A DNA stretch of 27,278 bases from Octopus sinensis (lineage: Eukaryota), in assembly GCF_006345805.1 (NCBI RefSeq), contig NW_021834040.1, forward strand, positions 1 through 27,278, written 5' to 3'. The translations under genes were made by a program, and so were the position numbers. The notes under the pieces are model-generated. The model was given only the letters and a program-made list of their open reading frames with translations, did no database searches and was not told the DNA's origin. Positions 10,813 to 21,242 of this stretch are shown here, piece after piece; positions within the stretch are counted from its first letter, which is position 1; the number at the start of each line of letters is the position of its first letter.

Positions 10813-11204
10813 TCTTTATGTATAAAAGAAAGGTTGTGTGTCTGTCTACTCCGATTTAGATTCCTAACTACTCCCACATTTTGCGGTACAGTGTAACCAA
10901 AACCGGGTATCTTATAGTCGTGATTCATATCGAGCCCTTCTGGGTATTAGCGCGCGTCTACGATGAGTCTACGATTTTAAAAATAATTTACCATCATTTT
11001 TTCCATTTTAATGCATATTTTTTTAAATAAAGGGAAGTAACTCTCTAAAAATGTCTACGATGAGTCAACGATTTTAAAAAAAATTTACCATAATTTTTTT
11101 TCCATTTTTAATGCATTTTTTGCTATTTTTTGGCTATAACTCTCTAAAAATGCTTTATAGTTATTTCCCTTACAAACCCGAGCAACGCCGGGCGATACTG
11201 CTAG
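10813..11204 (+). mobile_element. Complete non-autonomous Helitron
   Basis: A|TCTTTATGTATAAAAG 5' end, subterminal hairpin CCCG-agcaacgc-CGGG (11177-11192), CTAG|T 3' end, no TSD; internal 97-bp tandem duplication. Confidence 0.88.
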
Positions 11205-11394
11205 TATTTCATGTGGTTAACAGAAGCTATGAAATATTTCTTGGTATTATTCACAGAAGATGGGATAAAACAACTTATACACTATTATGACAGACATCGT
11301 ATATGAATGAATGATAAGATATTTAGATATTAAGACTTGATTTCTTTGTTATGGATTCCGTTGCTTGTATCTTCAACCATGTACAATGAGTTGT

Positions 11395-11585
11395 ACACAC
11401 ACATATATATATAGACACACACACATATATCTGTATGTATGCATGTATGTATGTATGTATGTATGTATGTATGTATGTATGTATGTATGTATGTATGTAC
11501 GTATGTATGTATGTATGTATGTATGTATGTATGTATGTATGTACGTACGTATGCTTGTATGCATGTATGTATGTATGCATGTATA
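11395..11585. repeat. (TATG)n microsatellite
   Basis: Directly visible. Confidence 0.97.
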
Positions 11586-11587
11586 TA

Positions 11588-11796
11588 CGAGGGGTTGTTG
11601 AAAAATTCCTGGCTGTAAGAGCATGGAGAAAGCCTGGCAGCAGGCTCAAATTCCGCAATATTTTACAGGGCTGAGAAAAACTGAGGGACCGCTGCAATAA
11701 ATGTGGGAATCTGAAAGGAGGATATGTTGAATAAAATCATAATTAACTGATCCTCCTCTATTTTCTTTTATACCCAAACTTTTCAGCACTCCCTTG
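11588..11796 (+). mobile_element. Mariner-derived MITE/deletion derivative
   Basis: Imperfect TIRs TA|CGAGGGGTTGTTGAAAAATT and AACTTTTCAGCACTCCCTTG|CA. The interior encodes EKLRDRCNKC..LKGGYVE*, a mariner transposase C-terminus. Confidence 0.8.
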
Positions 11797-12199
11797 CATA
11801 TTTGAGGGATGTTCGGCTACTATGTTTTTGAATAGACCCATTATTTCTAAGTGTTCTAGCAGTGGTTGTCCTGTTTTGTTTTGTTTTTTCAGACTATGTG
11901 TCTAGGAATATATTACCAAAAAATATCTTTACCTTTTCCGCTCTGTAAAACGGTGCGATGTAAATTTGAGGAAGCAAATCTGAGCACCTATTTCTGGCCC
12001 ATTCATTGACCACTTAGAAGCGGTATTTTCATGGTTTTGTCTCCTAGTTCTTATATCCTGTTACATTTATGAGTAATTCTGGTATTTAACAGTGGAGATT
12101 ATTATCTCTATGACGTAAGAAAAGTTATTATAGACTAAAAACAGAACAACGCAATGCCAGAAGGACAGATAGAAATAATAGCACAGGTCACATTGGTGA

Positions 12200-12580
12200 T
12201 GTGTGTATGTGTGTGTGTGTGTGTCTGTCTGTGTGTGTCTGTGTGTGTCTGGTTGTCTGGTTGTCTGTATTTATGTATATATGTATGTTATGTATGTGTG
12301 TGCGTATATACATATATATATATATATGTATATGTATGCATGGACGTATGTGTATGTATGCATGTATGTATGCATCTAGGTATGAATATACGTATGCATG
12401 TATGTATGTGTATGCATGTACGTATGTACGCCTATGTATTTATATGTGTGTATATGCATATGCACGCATCTAAGTATATACGTGTATATGAATGTACCTA
12501 TATATGCTTATATGTGTGTGTGAATGTGTGTGCATGTGTATGTATGTATTATGTGTGTATATACATATAAGTATGTATGC
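12200..12580. repeat. Compound (TG)n/(TA)n/(TATG)n low-complexity tract
   Basis: Directly visible. Confidence 0.93.
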
Positions 12581-12585
12581 ATTTT

Positions 12586-13583
12586 GGCTTTTTTGGACGC
12601 CCTGGTGAGAGATTTCCTGTTTGAAGACGATTGTGCGCTTGCAGTATTGAATGGACCAGACCTGCAAGTACTTGCCACTTGTCTCGCAGAAGCAGCAAAA
12701 GCCCTCGGACTGACCATTAGCCTGCGAAAAACTGAAGTGATGCTTCAGCCTGTGTACCTGGCCTGACACCTCCTGAGCCTCAGATTGAGATGGAGGGCAC
12801 AACTCTGAACCACGTGAAGAGCTTTACATACTTGGGAAGCTACCTGTCCTCAAACTACTGCATGGACAAAGATGTCTGCATGAGGCTTGCAAAAGCAGGT
12901 GCGTCGTTTGGCAGACTTTGGACACTTGCATGGCCCGAACGAGGTAGCAGATTTCCACCAAACTGGCAGTCTATAAGGTAGTCGTCATCTCCTCCCTGGT
13001 CTACGGCTGTGGGACGTGGACGCTGTATAGGAGGCAAATGCGAGTACTTGACCAGTTCCACCTCCGCTGCTTGCGAGGAATCAGGGGAATTTCCTGGGAG
13101 GACAGAGTCTCCAACACTGTGGTGCTTCGCAGAGCCGAAATGCCCGGGATCGAAGCCCTCATCATGAAGGCCCAGTTCCGGTGGGTCGGACATGTAATCA
13201 GAATGGACGACGCGCGTCTACCAAAGATGATCTTCTTCTCTGAGCTGGCTTCTGAAGCAAGAAACCCTGGAAGGCCACTGAAGCGATACAAGGACAGCCT
13301 GAAAACTTCCCTTGAGGCCTGCGGCATTTCAGCTTGTAGATGGGAATCGCTTGCCTCTGACCGCGGTGCCTGGCGTCTAGCTGTCCAAAAGGGTTTTAGG
13401 CTGTTTGAGGAAAAATGCCTCAAGAGCCTGGACCAGAAGCGACAAGCCTGAAAAGAGAGAATTCCCAACCCTACTTCTGCTGTTAAGTGCCCAACATGTG
13501 GCCGCGTCTGCGCGTCCGCCTTTGGGTTACGCGCCCACCTCCGGCGTCACTGATGTCATTGTCGAACCCCGATAGACTTCCAT
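12586..13583 (+). mobile_element. RTE-clade LINE, 5'-truncated, with intact 3' end
   Basis: LFEDDCAL (xADD motif mutated), GLTISLRKTEVM, FTYLGS, FHLRCLRGIRGISWEDRVSN, LRWVGHV-like QFRWVGHVIRM, GRPLKRYKD, terminal CPTCGRVCASAFGLRAHLRRH* zinc finger and a short 3' UTR. Contains stops and frameshifts. Confidence 0.93.
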
Positions 13584-13592
13584 TATGCATGC

Positions 13593-13626
<34 letters not shown>

Positions 13627-13762
13627 ACGCGCGTGCACACACACACAAAATCACACGCTCACACACACTTTCGGTCGAAAGTTACAAACCTGAGTCGATG
13701 GTAGAGTTTCGTCCATGCCAGATACGAAAGCTATTTAGTCAATGTATGTACGTATGTATGTA

Positions 13763-13885
13763 AGCGAGGCTGCGTGGTAAGACGTTTGCTTCTTAACCAC
13801 ATGACTCTGGGTTCAGTTTCGCTGCGTGACACCTTGAACAATTATCTTCTGTCACAAACCCGGATCGACGAAGGTTTTGTGAAAC
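13763..13885 (+). mobile_element. Degraded 5' part of CORE-type SINE family C
   Basis: GCTGCGTGGTAAG..AACCACATG..GGGTTCAGT..GCGTGACACCTTG matches the copy at 17871. Confidence 0.75.
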
Positions 13886-14099
13886 TCAGATAATTACAAA
13901 AAAAAAACCTGCAAAAATTATCCTAGTTTTTTTCTTTTATTTTTTTTTCAACTCACTGTGTGTCGTAGGTAGCTGTATAATGAAAAGTTGAAAATTTGCC
14001 AATGTTGTATCTCTAGTATGTATGCAGCATGGTCCAAAGAATTCAAATATCCATTCTCAGACAAAACACTGTAAGTCGGCTTACTGTGTTTTGTCGGGG

Positions 14100-14900
14100 G
14101 GCGGGGGCGGCAGTGTAAGTGGGTTGTTACTGAGCAAGTACACGTAGAAGGAAAGAATGAAAAAAATCTTGGAGTTCACCGACGTGAACCTTATTCTGTT
14201 AGGATTAGTTTCTGAAATTAGAACTGCGTTACTGCAGCCGCTTACTACTTTATTTTCCACTACGTCACTATTAACTAACGGAATAACCCCTGATTCTCCA
14301 CTATCAATCAGAGTGCTGTCATTGCTAGTGCCCGTGGTGCTGCTATTGCCGGAAACGATGCTGGAGTTGCTATTGGGACTCTCTACCCTAACGAGCCGAG
14401 CTGCGCTCACCTCACTACTGCCATTGTTACCGTCAATGACACACCCCTATTTATAACTATACCCCTAGTATCTAATCCCTGGTTGGAGCTGAGATTATGA
14501 GTCATTGTACTGGCTCTCATATCATTATTACTACTATTATTATTCCTACTGAGCATTAAACCGGGAGCGGAAGAAGATGTGCCTCCGGAAAAGGTGATAG
14601 GGTCTTAGTAAGCAGCCTATTATTATGGGAGGCGATTATCTGGGCGAGGTTTTTAGTGTTGGAGAAAGCTATCCTAACTATATGCGAGTTAACCGTGGAG
14701 TAATATTGGAATTTCTGGGGAAGTTATTGGCGATGGCTTGTCGAAACATGAGGGGGAGGTTAGTTCTAATCTGCTTACCAAAGGGAATTACAAACCATAT
14801 ATGCTTATTCCTATTTACGTGATGGGTCGGGACGCCAGCTCTCGCATTCGGGTGGTGATTCTCGGATGAATAACGGGTTTTGGGTTAGTGTGAGATCCTA
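14100..14900 (-). mobile_element. Penelope-like element fragment (RT-to-GIY-YIG linker plus low-complexity spacer)
   Basis: Minus strand: RNKHIWFVIPFGKQIRTNLPLMFRQAIANNFP, then after a frameshift VNSHIVRIAFSNTKNLAQIIASHNNRLL (~14590-14830). This matches the PLE linker consensus R.IIWFNPP.S..V.TN.G..F...I..HFP...KI.N..TVK.SYS...N...II..HN..LL. The downstream Ser/Asn-rich part is less certain. Confidence 0.78.
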
Positions 14901-14904
14901 TTTC

Positions 14905-14984
14905 TTCCTGAAGAGAAAGACACAATATGGTCTCATTATTCAATCGGAATTTGGTAAATTGTGCCTTTCGAAACACGTGTAGAA
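14905..14984 (+). ncRNA. Type I hammerhead ribozyme with intact catalytic core
   Basis: TTC-CTGAAGA(14908-14914); stem II GAAAG.CACAAT/ATTGTG.CTTTC (11 bp, one mismatch); GAAA(14970-14973); palindromic stem III ACACGTGT; site GUA ending 14981; GAA closes a 3-bp stem I. Confidence 0.8.
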
Positions 14985-15041
14985 TGCAATAAAACGATTT
15001 CTGTTCAATCTTCGTTCAACTCCATTTCTTCAATTCACTAA

Positions 15042-15042
<1 letters not shown>

Positions 15043-15072
<30 letters not shown>

Positions 15073-15123
15073 GCATGTATATATATATATATGTACGTAT
15101 AAGTGTATGTATGTATCTATGTG

Positions 15124-15169
<46 letters not shown>

Positions 15170-15254
15170 TATATATATATAAATGTATATATATAAACAC
15201 ACACACCCGTAATATATATATGTATATATGTATATGCATGTATGTATATATATA

Positions 15255-15287
<33 letters not shown>

Positions 15288-15300
15288 ATACATACATATA
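15043..15300. repeat. (TA)n microsatellite
   Basis: Directly visible. Confidence 0.97.
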
Positions 15301-16022
15301 TGCAAAGTTGTTACTGTTGGGGAGGGGTATCTTTTAATTAGCATTGGGTTTTTGTTTCGGAGATTGTGGTTTTGGATATTTAATTCCACTAAAGACAATA
15401 ACCGAAAACAGAAAAGAAAGAACGAAAATTCAAACCAAAATAAATAATAATAAAATCATCCTTTCTTCTCTCCCTTGGGGTTACTTTACTTTTAAAAAAG
15501 CAACTAAAACAATGCTTCTACGTCATGAAACATGTGTTAAGCATTTCAAACATTCAGTCGCTATAAATATAAACATTTTCTTAAGACATCTATGCTCTGT
15601 TATGACTTATGTTTTTTTTTCTTATGTCGTCGCCACCTCTTTTGTTTCATTTAAATCATTTATCTATCTGTTTTAATCTTTTGTTATATATATATTATAT
15701 ATTTATACCTTTGTCTCTTTAACTTGTTTTGTTTTTCTTTGGGGGATTTTTGCTTTCTTTTACTTTTAAGTTCCTTTTTTTTATATATATATATATTCTG
15801 CTTTCGTTATTACCGAGTGTTCAGGTTGTTAGGATTTAATGACATCTGCGTTGCTTGTAATTTATGACTCTAATATAAATCTTTTCTCCCTTTTTCTCTT
15901 GACTTTTAAAATCGGGAGTGTAATTATGCTAGTATTTTAAGTATGTAAACTTAGCAGCGCTAAAAATTCCATTTTGAAAAAAATCCAGTGCGTTACAATT
16001 GTTTCGTTTATTTGAGTCCTTT

Positions 16023-16055
<33 letters not shown>

Positions 16056-16235
16056 TTAACAGTGATTTTATTACTTGTCATGTTTTGTTGTTTTTTTTTT
16101 TGAGGTTGTTTTTTTTGTTTTTGTTTTTGTTTATGGCGACACTTTCAAAAATTGCATTTAAATTTCGGTGAGTTGGTGGTGGAGTAAGGTGTTACAACTT
16201 TTGAAAACTTGTTACATTACAAGCAACCTATATAA

Positions 16236-17525
16236 AGCGGTGAGCTGGTAGAACCATTAGCACACCGGACAAAATGCTTAGCGGCATTGAACTCGTTCGT
16301 CTTCATGCTCCGAGTTCAAATTCAGTCGAGGTCCACTGTGCCTTTCATTCTTTCGGGGTCAATAAAATAAGTACCATTTGAACAATGGAGCTGATGTAAT
16401 CGATTTATTTCCTCCCTAGAAATTCCTTGTTTTGTGCCAGAATTTGAAACCAATATTATAAGCATACACCGAGGTCGACTTTGCCTTTCATCCTTTCCGG
16501 GTCGATTAAATAAGTACCAGCTACACACTAGGATCAACGTAGTTGACTTACTACCTTCGTCTGTCCTTGTTTGTCCTCTCTGTGTTTAGCCCTCTGTAGG
16601 CAATAAAGAAATGAATATTATAAGCACCCTATGGAGGAAGCGAGCTTGGCAGAATCGTTAGCCCGTTGGATAAAATGCTTAACGCTATTTCATGCAGTTC
16701 TTTGCGGTCTGAGTTCAAATTTTGCCGAGGTCGATTTTGACCTTTCATTCTTTTGGTTTCGATTAAATTAAAACCAGTTGAGTACATGTAGCAGTCTTAA
16801 AATTGCTGGCCTTGTATCAAACTTCGAATCATTATCATTATGCAATAATTTATTATAAGGCGGTGTGCTGGCAGAAACGTTAGCACGCCGGGCTAAATGC
16901 TCAGCGGTATTTCGTCTGCCGTTACGTTCTGAGTTCAAATTCCGCCAGGTCGACTTTGCCTTTCATCCTTTCGGGGTCGATAAATTATGTACCAGTTACA
17001 CACTGGGGTCAATGTGATCGACTTAATCCATTTGTTTGTCCTTGTTTGTCCCCTCTATGTTTAGCTCCTTGTGGGCAATAAAGAAATAAGAAACGCTAAC
17101 ACGACGGGCAAAAATGTTTTCTAGCGGTATCTTGTCTGCTGTTACGTTCTGAGTTCAAATTCTGCTGAGGTCGACTTTGTTTTTCATCCGTTCATCGATT
17201 AAATAAGTACCAGTTACGCACTCAGGTCGATGTAATCGACTTAATTCCTTTGTCTGTCCTTGTTTGTCCCCTCTATGTTTAGCCTCCTGTGGGAAATAAA
17301 GAAATAACTATATTATTCTAAGGAGTAAGTAAGCTGGCATAATTGAGAGCATATCGCACAAAATGCTCAGCGGCATTTTCCCCAATTCTTTACGGTCTGA
17401 GTTAAAATCTCGCCGAGGACAGGTCGGTTTTCTTATCTTTTCGAGGTTGGCAAAATGAATTCTAGTTGAGCACAAGGGACTTACCCACTTTCTCTAGAAT
17501 CGCTGAGCTGTGTCAATATTTGAAA
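16236..17525 (+). mobile_element. Cluster of six co-oriented family A SINEs (16236-16455, 16472-16612, 16635-16825, 16859-17088, 17089-17305, 17325-17525)
   Basis: Box B and the central domain are repeated six times with two tail types; all on the plus strand. Confidence 0.9.
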
Positions 17526-17870
17526 CAATGAAGTAAGCTTTTGACAGTTATTAATTGTCAGCGATGTATTATAAATTTACTTCTCGTCCTTTTGCCCAGA
17601 TCGATTTATATATCATGCTAGTCGTGATACCAATCTTTATTTCAACAGTGGGCGAAGAGATAAAAAGTGTCGAAATATTGGAATGCTCTGCGAGGCTAAC
17701 TTGCATTTGTAGAAGAGTAACTGCCTTACGAACGACTCTGCACACGCAGTACGCTTTGACAAAAAAAAATTGTACCACTTAGGTTTTTGTGTGTGTATCT
17801 AATATATGTATGTGCATATATTTCGTTTATATGTGCTTGCGTGTATACATTCATATAGACAACACATACA

Positions 17871-18325
17871 TAGGCGCAGGAGTGGCTTGCTAAACAACCA
17901 CATGGTAGCTTGCTAAACAACATAGGCGCAGGAGTAGCTTGCTAAACAACCACATGGTTCCGGGTTCAGTCCCACTGCGTGGCATCTTGGGCAAGTGTCT
18001 TCTGCTATAGCCCCGGGCCGACCAATGCCTTGTGAGCGGATTTGGTAGACGGAAACTGAAAGAAGCTTGTCGTATATATGTATATATATATATGTATATA
18101 TATATATATGTATGTGTGTGTGTTTGTGTGTCTGTGTTTGTCCCCCTAGCATTGCTTGACAACCGATGCTGGTGTGTTTACGTCCCCGTCACTTAGCGGT
18201 TCGGCAAAAGAGACTGATAGAATAAGTACTGGGCTTACAAAGAATAAGTCCCCGGGGTCGATTTGCTCGACTAAAGGCGGTGCTCCAGCATGGCCATAGT
18301 CAAATGACTGAAACAAGTAAAAGAG
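17871..18325 (+). mobile_element. CORE-type tRNA SINE family C with rearranged head
   Basis: GGGTTCAGTCCC (box B), GGCATCTTGGGCAAGTGTCTT (CORE-like), internal (TA)/(TG) tract and tail GGCGGTGCTCCAGCATGGCC..GAAACAAGTAAAAGA. Confidence 0.88.
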
Positions 18326-18335
18326 TAGAGAGTAT

Positions 18336-18560
18336 ACAAGGTTGGCCAAAAGTCACCTGACAGTAAATAAAAACCTATTCAATTCCAAGTTTAAAACAAA
18401 AAAAATATTCTATATGAGACTTCGCTAATAAATAGTGAAATCTTGAAGAAAAAAAACGGTGATTTTAACTTACAACATTCAATTATTAAACATTCATAAT
18501 TGGAATGAAGAAATGAAATTGAACATTAAGTATTTACGGAATCTTGATTTACTTGCGGGT
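18336..18560. mobile_element. Possible Tc1/mariner single end
   Basis: TA|CAAGGTTGGCCAAAAGTCACC is TIR-like; no matching opposite end found. Confidence 0.35.
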
Positions 18561-18654
18561 GACACGCGAGCTCGGACAAATACACACCCACCTGTGTGCA
18601 TGTGTGTGTGTGTATGTGCATATGTTATCATCATCATCATCATCATCATTATCA

Positions 18655-19170
18655 ACGCTTTGCAGAAGGAAGGGCTACTCCACGTACGTTCGTTTCAAGG
18701 ATATCTGCAACAGAGAAGTTAAATCTTTTTTACATTTGAGCGATGAAAAATTGAAGGAGAAGCTGACGATTGCTCTCGCTGGAGATTGGTATTCAGATAA
18801 GAGTTTTCAAGAGTTGAGAGGGGAAACTGAAGATTACTGATGAAGAAAAGCAAAATAAATAAATAAATAAATAAAATAAAATGCTGGTGTGTTTACGTCC
18901 CCATCACTTAGCGGTTCGGCAAAAGAGACCGATAGAATAAGTACTAGGCTTACAAAGAATAAGTCCCGGGGTCGATTTGCTCGACTAAAAGCGGTGCTCC
19001 AGCATGGCCACAGTCAAATGACTGAAACAAGTAAAAGAGAGTAAACAAACAAATAGCGTCAGGACAAAACTGGTGGAGAGGGACCGAAATCACAGCGGCA
19101 GAAGCAGCAGCTGAGGCTGCCATGCCGGGTCTGTACAGTCACAGCAAACGCTGTTCTACCAAAATACGGC
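18655..19170 (+). mobile_element. Old RTE LINE 3' fragment split by a partial family C SINE (~18881-19040)
   Basis: VRFKDICNREVK (cf. LRFKDVCKRDxK) before the SINE and GLYSHSKRCST (RTE terminal zinc finger) after it. Confidence 0.6.
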
Positions 19171-19223
19171 TATGAAAACCTTTCCGGGCGAATGGTTTCT
19201 ATGGTTTCGCCCGTATAACAGAT

Positions 19224-19676
19224 ATCTTATATCTTTTATCTTTTGCTCGTTTCAATCATTACACTGCGACCATGCATCGATTCCGGTACTTATCTTTTGA
19301 AGCCTGGTAATTATTCTATTAGTCTCTTATGTCAAACTAGTAGGTTACGGGAACGTAATAAAACCAGCACCGGTTGTCAAGCGGTACTGGAGGAGACAAA
19401 CACTGGCACAATTACACACACACGCACACATATAAATACACACAAACACACACACACACAAACATATATATATATGTGTGTGTATGTGTGTATGTGTGTG
19501 TGTGTGTATGTATGTATATATACGAAGGGTTTCTTCCGGTTTCCGTCTTCCAAATCCACTCACATGGCTTTGGTCGGCCCAAGAATATAGAAGACATTTG
19601 CCCAAGGTGCCACGCAATGGGACTGAACATGAAACCAGTTGGTTGGTAAGCGCCTTCTAACCACAAGCCACGTCCA
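19224..19676 (-). mobile_element. CORE-type SINE family C, full length, diverged
   Basis: Reverse complement of the 17871-18325 copy, including the internal microsatellite. Confidence 0.88.
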
Positions 19677-19677
19677 A

Positions 19678-19740
<63 letters not shown>
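19676..19740. repeat. (TATC)n microsatellite
   Basis: Directly visible. Confidence 0.97.
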
Positions 19741-19945
19741 AACTTTATAAATATAGGGTAAAAAATTATCAAATAATTATTTACCAGTGGTTAGTATGCG
19801 TAATAAGATTCAGAAGATATAAATATTTTTAAATATAAAAGCGTATGAAGTATACACGAAGGGAATAAGGGAATGTAAGAATATTCTTACATTAAAGAAC
19901 GTTGATTTGTACGCGAGCAAGACATTCGAGTGAATAAAACATGGT

Positions 19946-20037
19946 AACCTTATACTTAAGTTTTGTTATTACTGACCAAATAAATCAACTAACAAGATAA
20001 TTGACTCTTTAATCATCCGTAGTTCATCAGTAAGGTT
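19946..20037 (-). ncRNA. Type I hammerhead, mutated copy (unit 1)
   Basis: 7-bp stem I AACCTTA/TAAGGTT, CTGATGA, GAAA mutated to AAAA, palindrome ACTTAAGT, A at position 17; stem II closing pairs broken. Confidence 0.65.
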
Positions 20038-20325
20038 GCTAATTAAATGCGTAAACATAAAACTGCAGTGCGTACCGAAAACACAAAGTAAAAAAAACAT
20101 ACGCTCTCAGTTCCATATTTATACATCATGGATTTCCTTCAGAATGCCCCTAAAACAACGTGCGACACCAGAGTAGTATAGCAGTGAATAAATTCGAACG
20201 TATACATTTGGCAGAAGAATTTAAACAATTAACTTTATAAATATAAGGATAAAACTTATTAAATAATTATTTATCAGTGACAAACATACGTAATAAAAGT
20301 CGGAAGATATAAATATTTTTAAATA

Positions 20326-20874
20326 TTGGGTTGTCCGGAAATTTCGTGCCGATTTTTAAAGGAAAGAAAAAGGTCAATACCTGCCATTACATTTTTGATC
20401 AACCTAATATGAACCATTTTGTTGCACAATGCGTCTCCATCTTTCCTTTAACTTGAAAATACCCTCTTCCCAGAAATGAGGTGGTTTCATGGCAAAGAAT
20501 TCATCAAGGTATCCAAGGAATTGAATTTTTTACCATTAAGACTACTCTGCAGAAACCTCAATAAGTGGAAATCCAAAGGAGCAATATCTGGTGAATATGG
20601 AGGGTGGGGTAACACATCCCATCCGAGCTGCAGCAATTTTTGTCTGGTTCCCAAAGCATCAAGTGCCGAAAATGAACTTTCTTATCTTCCATTTTAAAGG
20701 GTTACAGAATTAACACAGGTTATAGGAACACAAACCTTCTTCCACGAAAAGATAGCTTAAACTGTGCTCTAAATGGAGGTGTAGTCAAATCCTGTTTTAT
20801 GGATTCAACCATGTTCCAAAATAAGTCGAAAGGTAAGCTACTATAAATCGGCACGAACTTTCCAGACAACCCAA
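20326..20874 (-). mobile_element. Internally deleted mariner transposon with ~30-bp TIRs and TA duplication
   Basis: TA|TTGGGTTGTCCGGAAATTTCGTGCCGATTT ... AAATCGGCACGAACTTTCCAGACAACCCAA|TA. The minus strand encodes MEDKKVHFRHLMLWE joined to GTRQKLLQLGWDVLPHPPYSPDIAPLDFHL..ERWRRIVQQNGSY. Confidence 0.93.
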
Positions 20875-21150
20875 TATAATAGCGTATGAAATATACACGG
20901 AGAGAAAACCATCATGTGGATTTCTTACATGCTAAAAATGGCAGTCGAAGCCTAGAAACACGAAAGAATATTCTTACATTAAAGCAAGTTGATTTGAGCG
21001 CATGTCTTTTCCTGTGACCGGTGCCACTACGACAAGTAAACACTGCCCGAGTGGCACCCGACGCCGGCCGGGGGTCGAATCGGGAGGATGCTGACTGGAA
21101 CAGTTCGGCTCCCCGTGTCTGTCATCGGGCTCCCGATCGGCACCGTTCCC

Positions 21151-21242
21151 CTTACTGATGAGCTACGGATAATTAAATAATCAATTAATTATCTTATTAG
21201 TTGATTTATTTGATCAGAAATAGCGAAACTTATAAGTGTAAG
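21151..21242 (+). ncRNA. Type I hammerhead, intact core but G at the cleavage position (unit 3)
   Basis: CTTA-CTGATGA(21155-21161)-GCTA..TAGC-GAAA(21225-21228)-palindrome ACTTATAAGT-G(21238)-TAAG. Confidence 0.72.

Noticed and set aside
13690-13745. CTGAGTCGA...GAAAGCTA hammerhead-like spacing
   Set aside because: The core has extra bases and stems I and II cannot be closed convincingly.
14157-14456. Leu-rich 99-aa ORF resembling a membrane protein
   Set aside because: It is antisense to the Ser/Asn-rich PLE spacer, and the composition follows from that.
17555-17782. Overlapping 69-75 aa ORFs in unique-looking DNA
   Set aside because: Lengths are expected by chance and no domain is recognized; an exon cannot be fully excluded without RNA data.
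18826-18845. CTGAAGA and CTGATGA words (also 26187)
   Set aside because: They lie inside an RTE coding remnant or (GAT)n, with no paired GAAA or helices.
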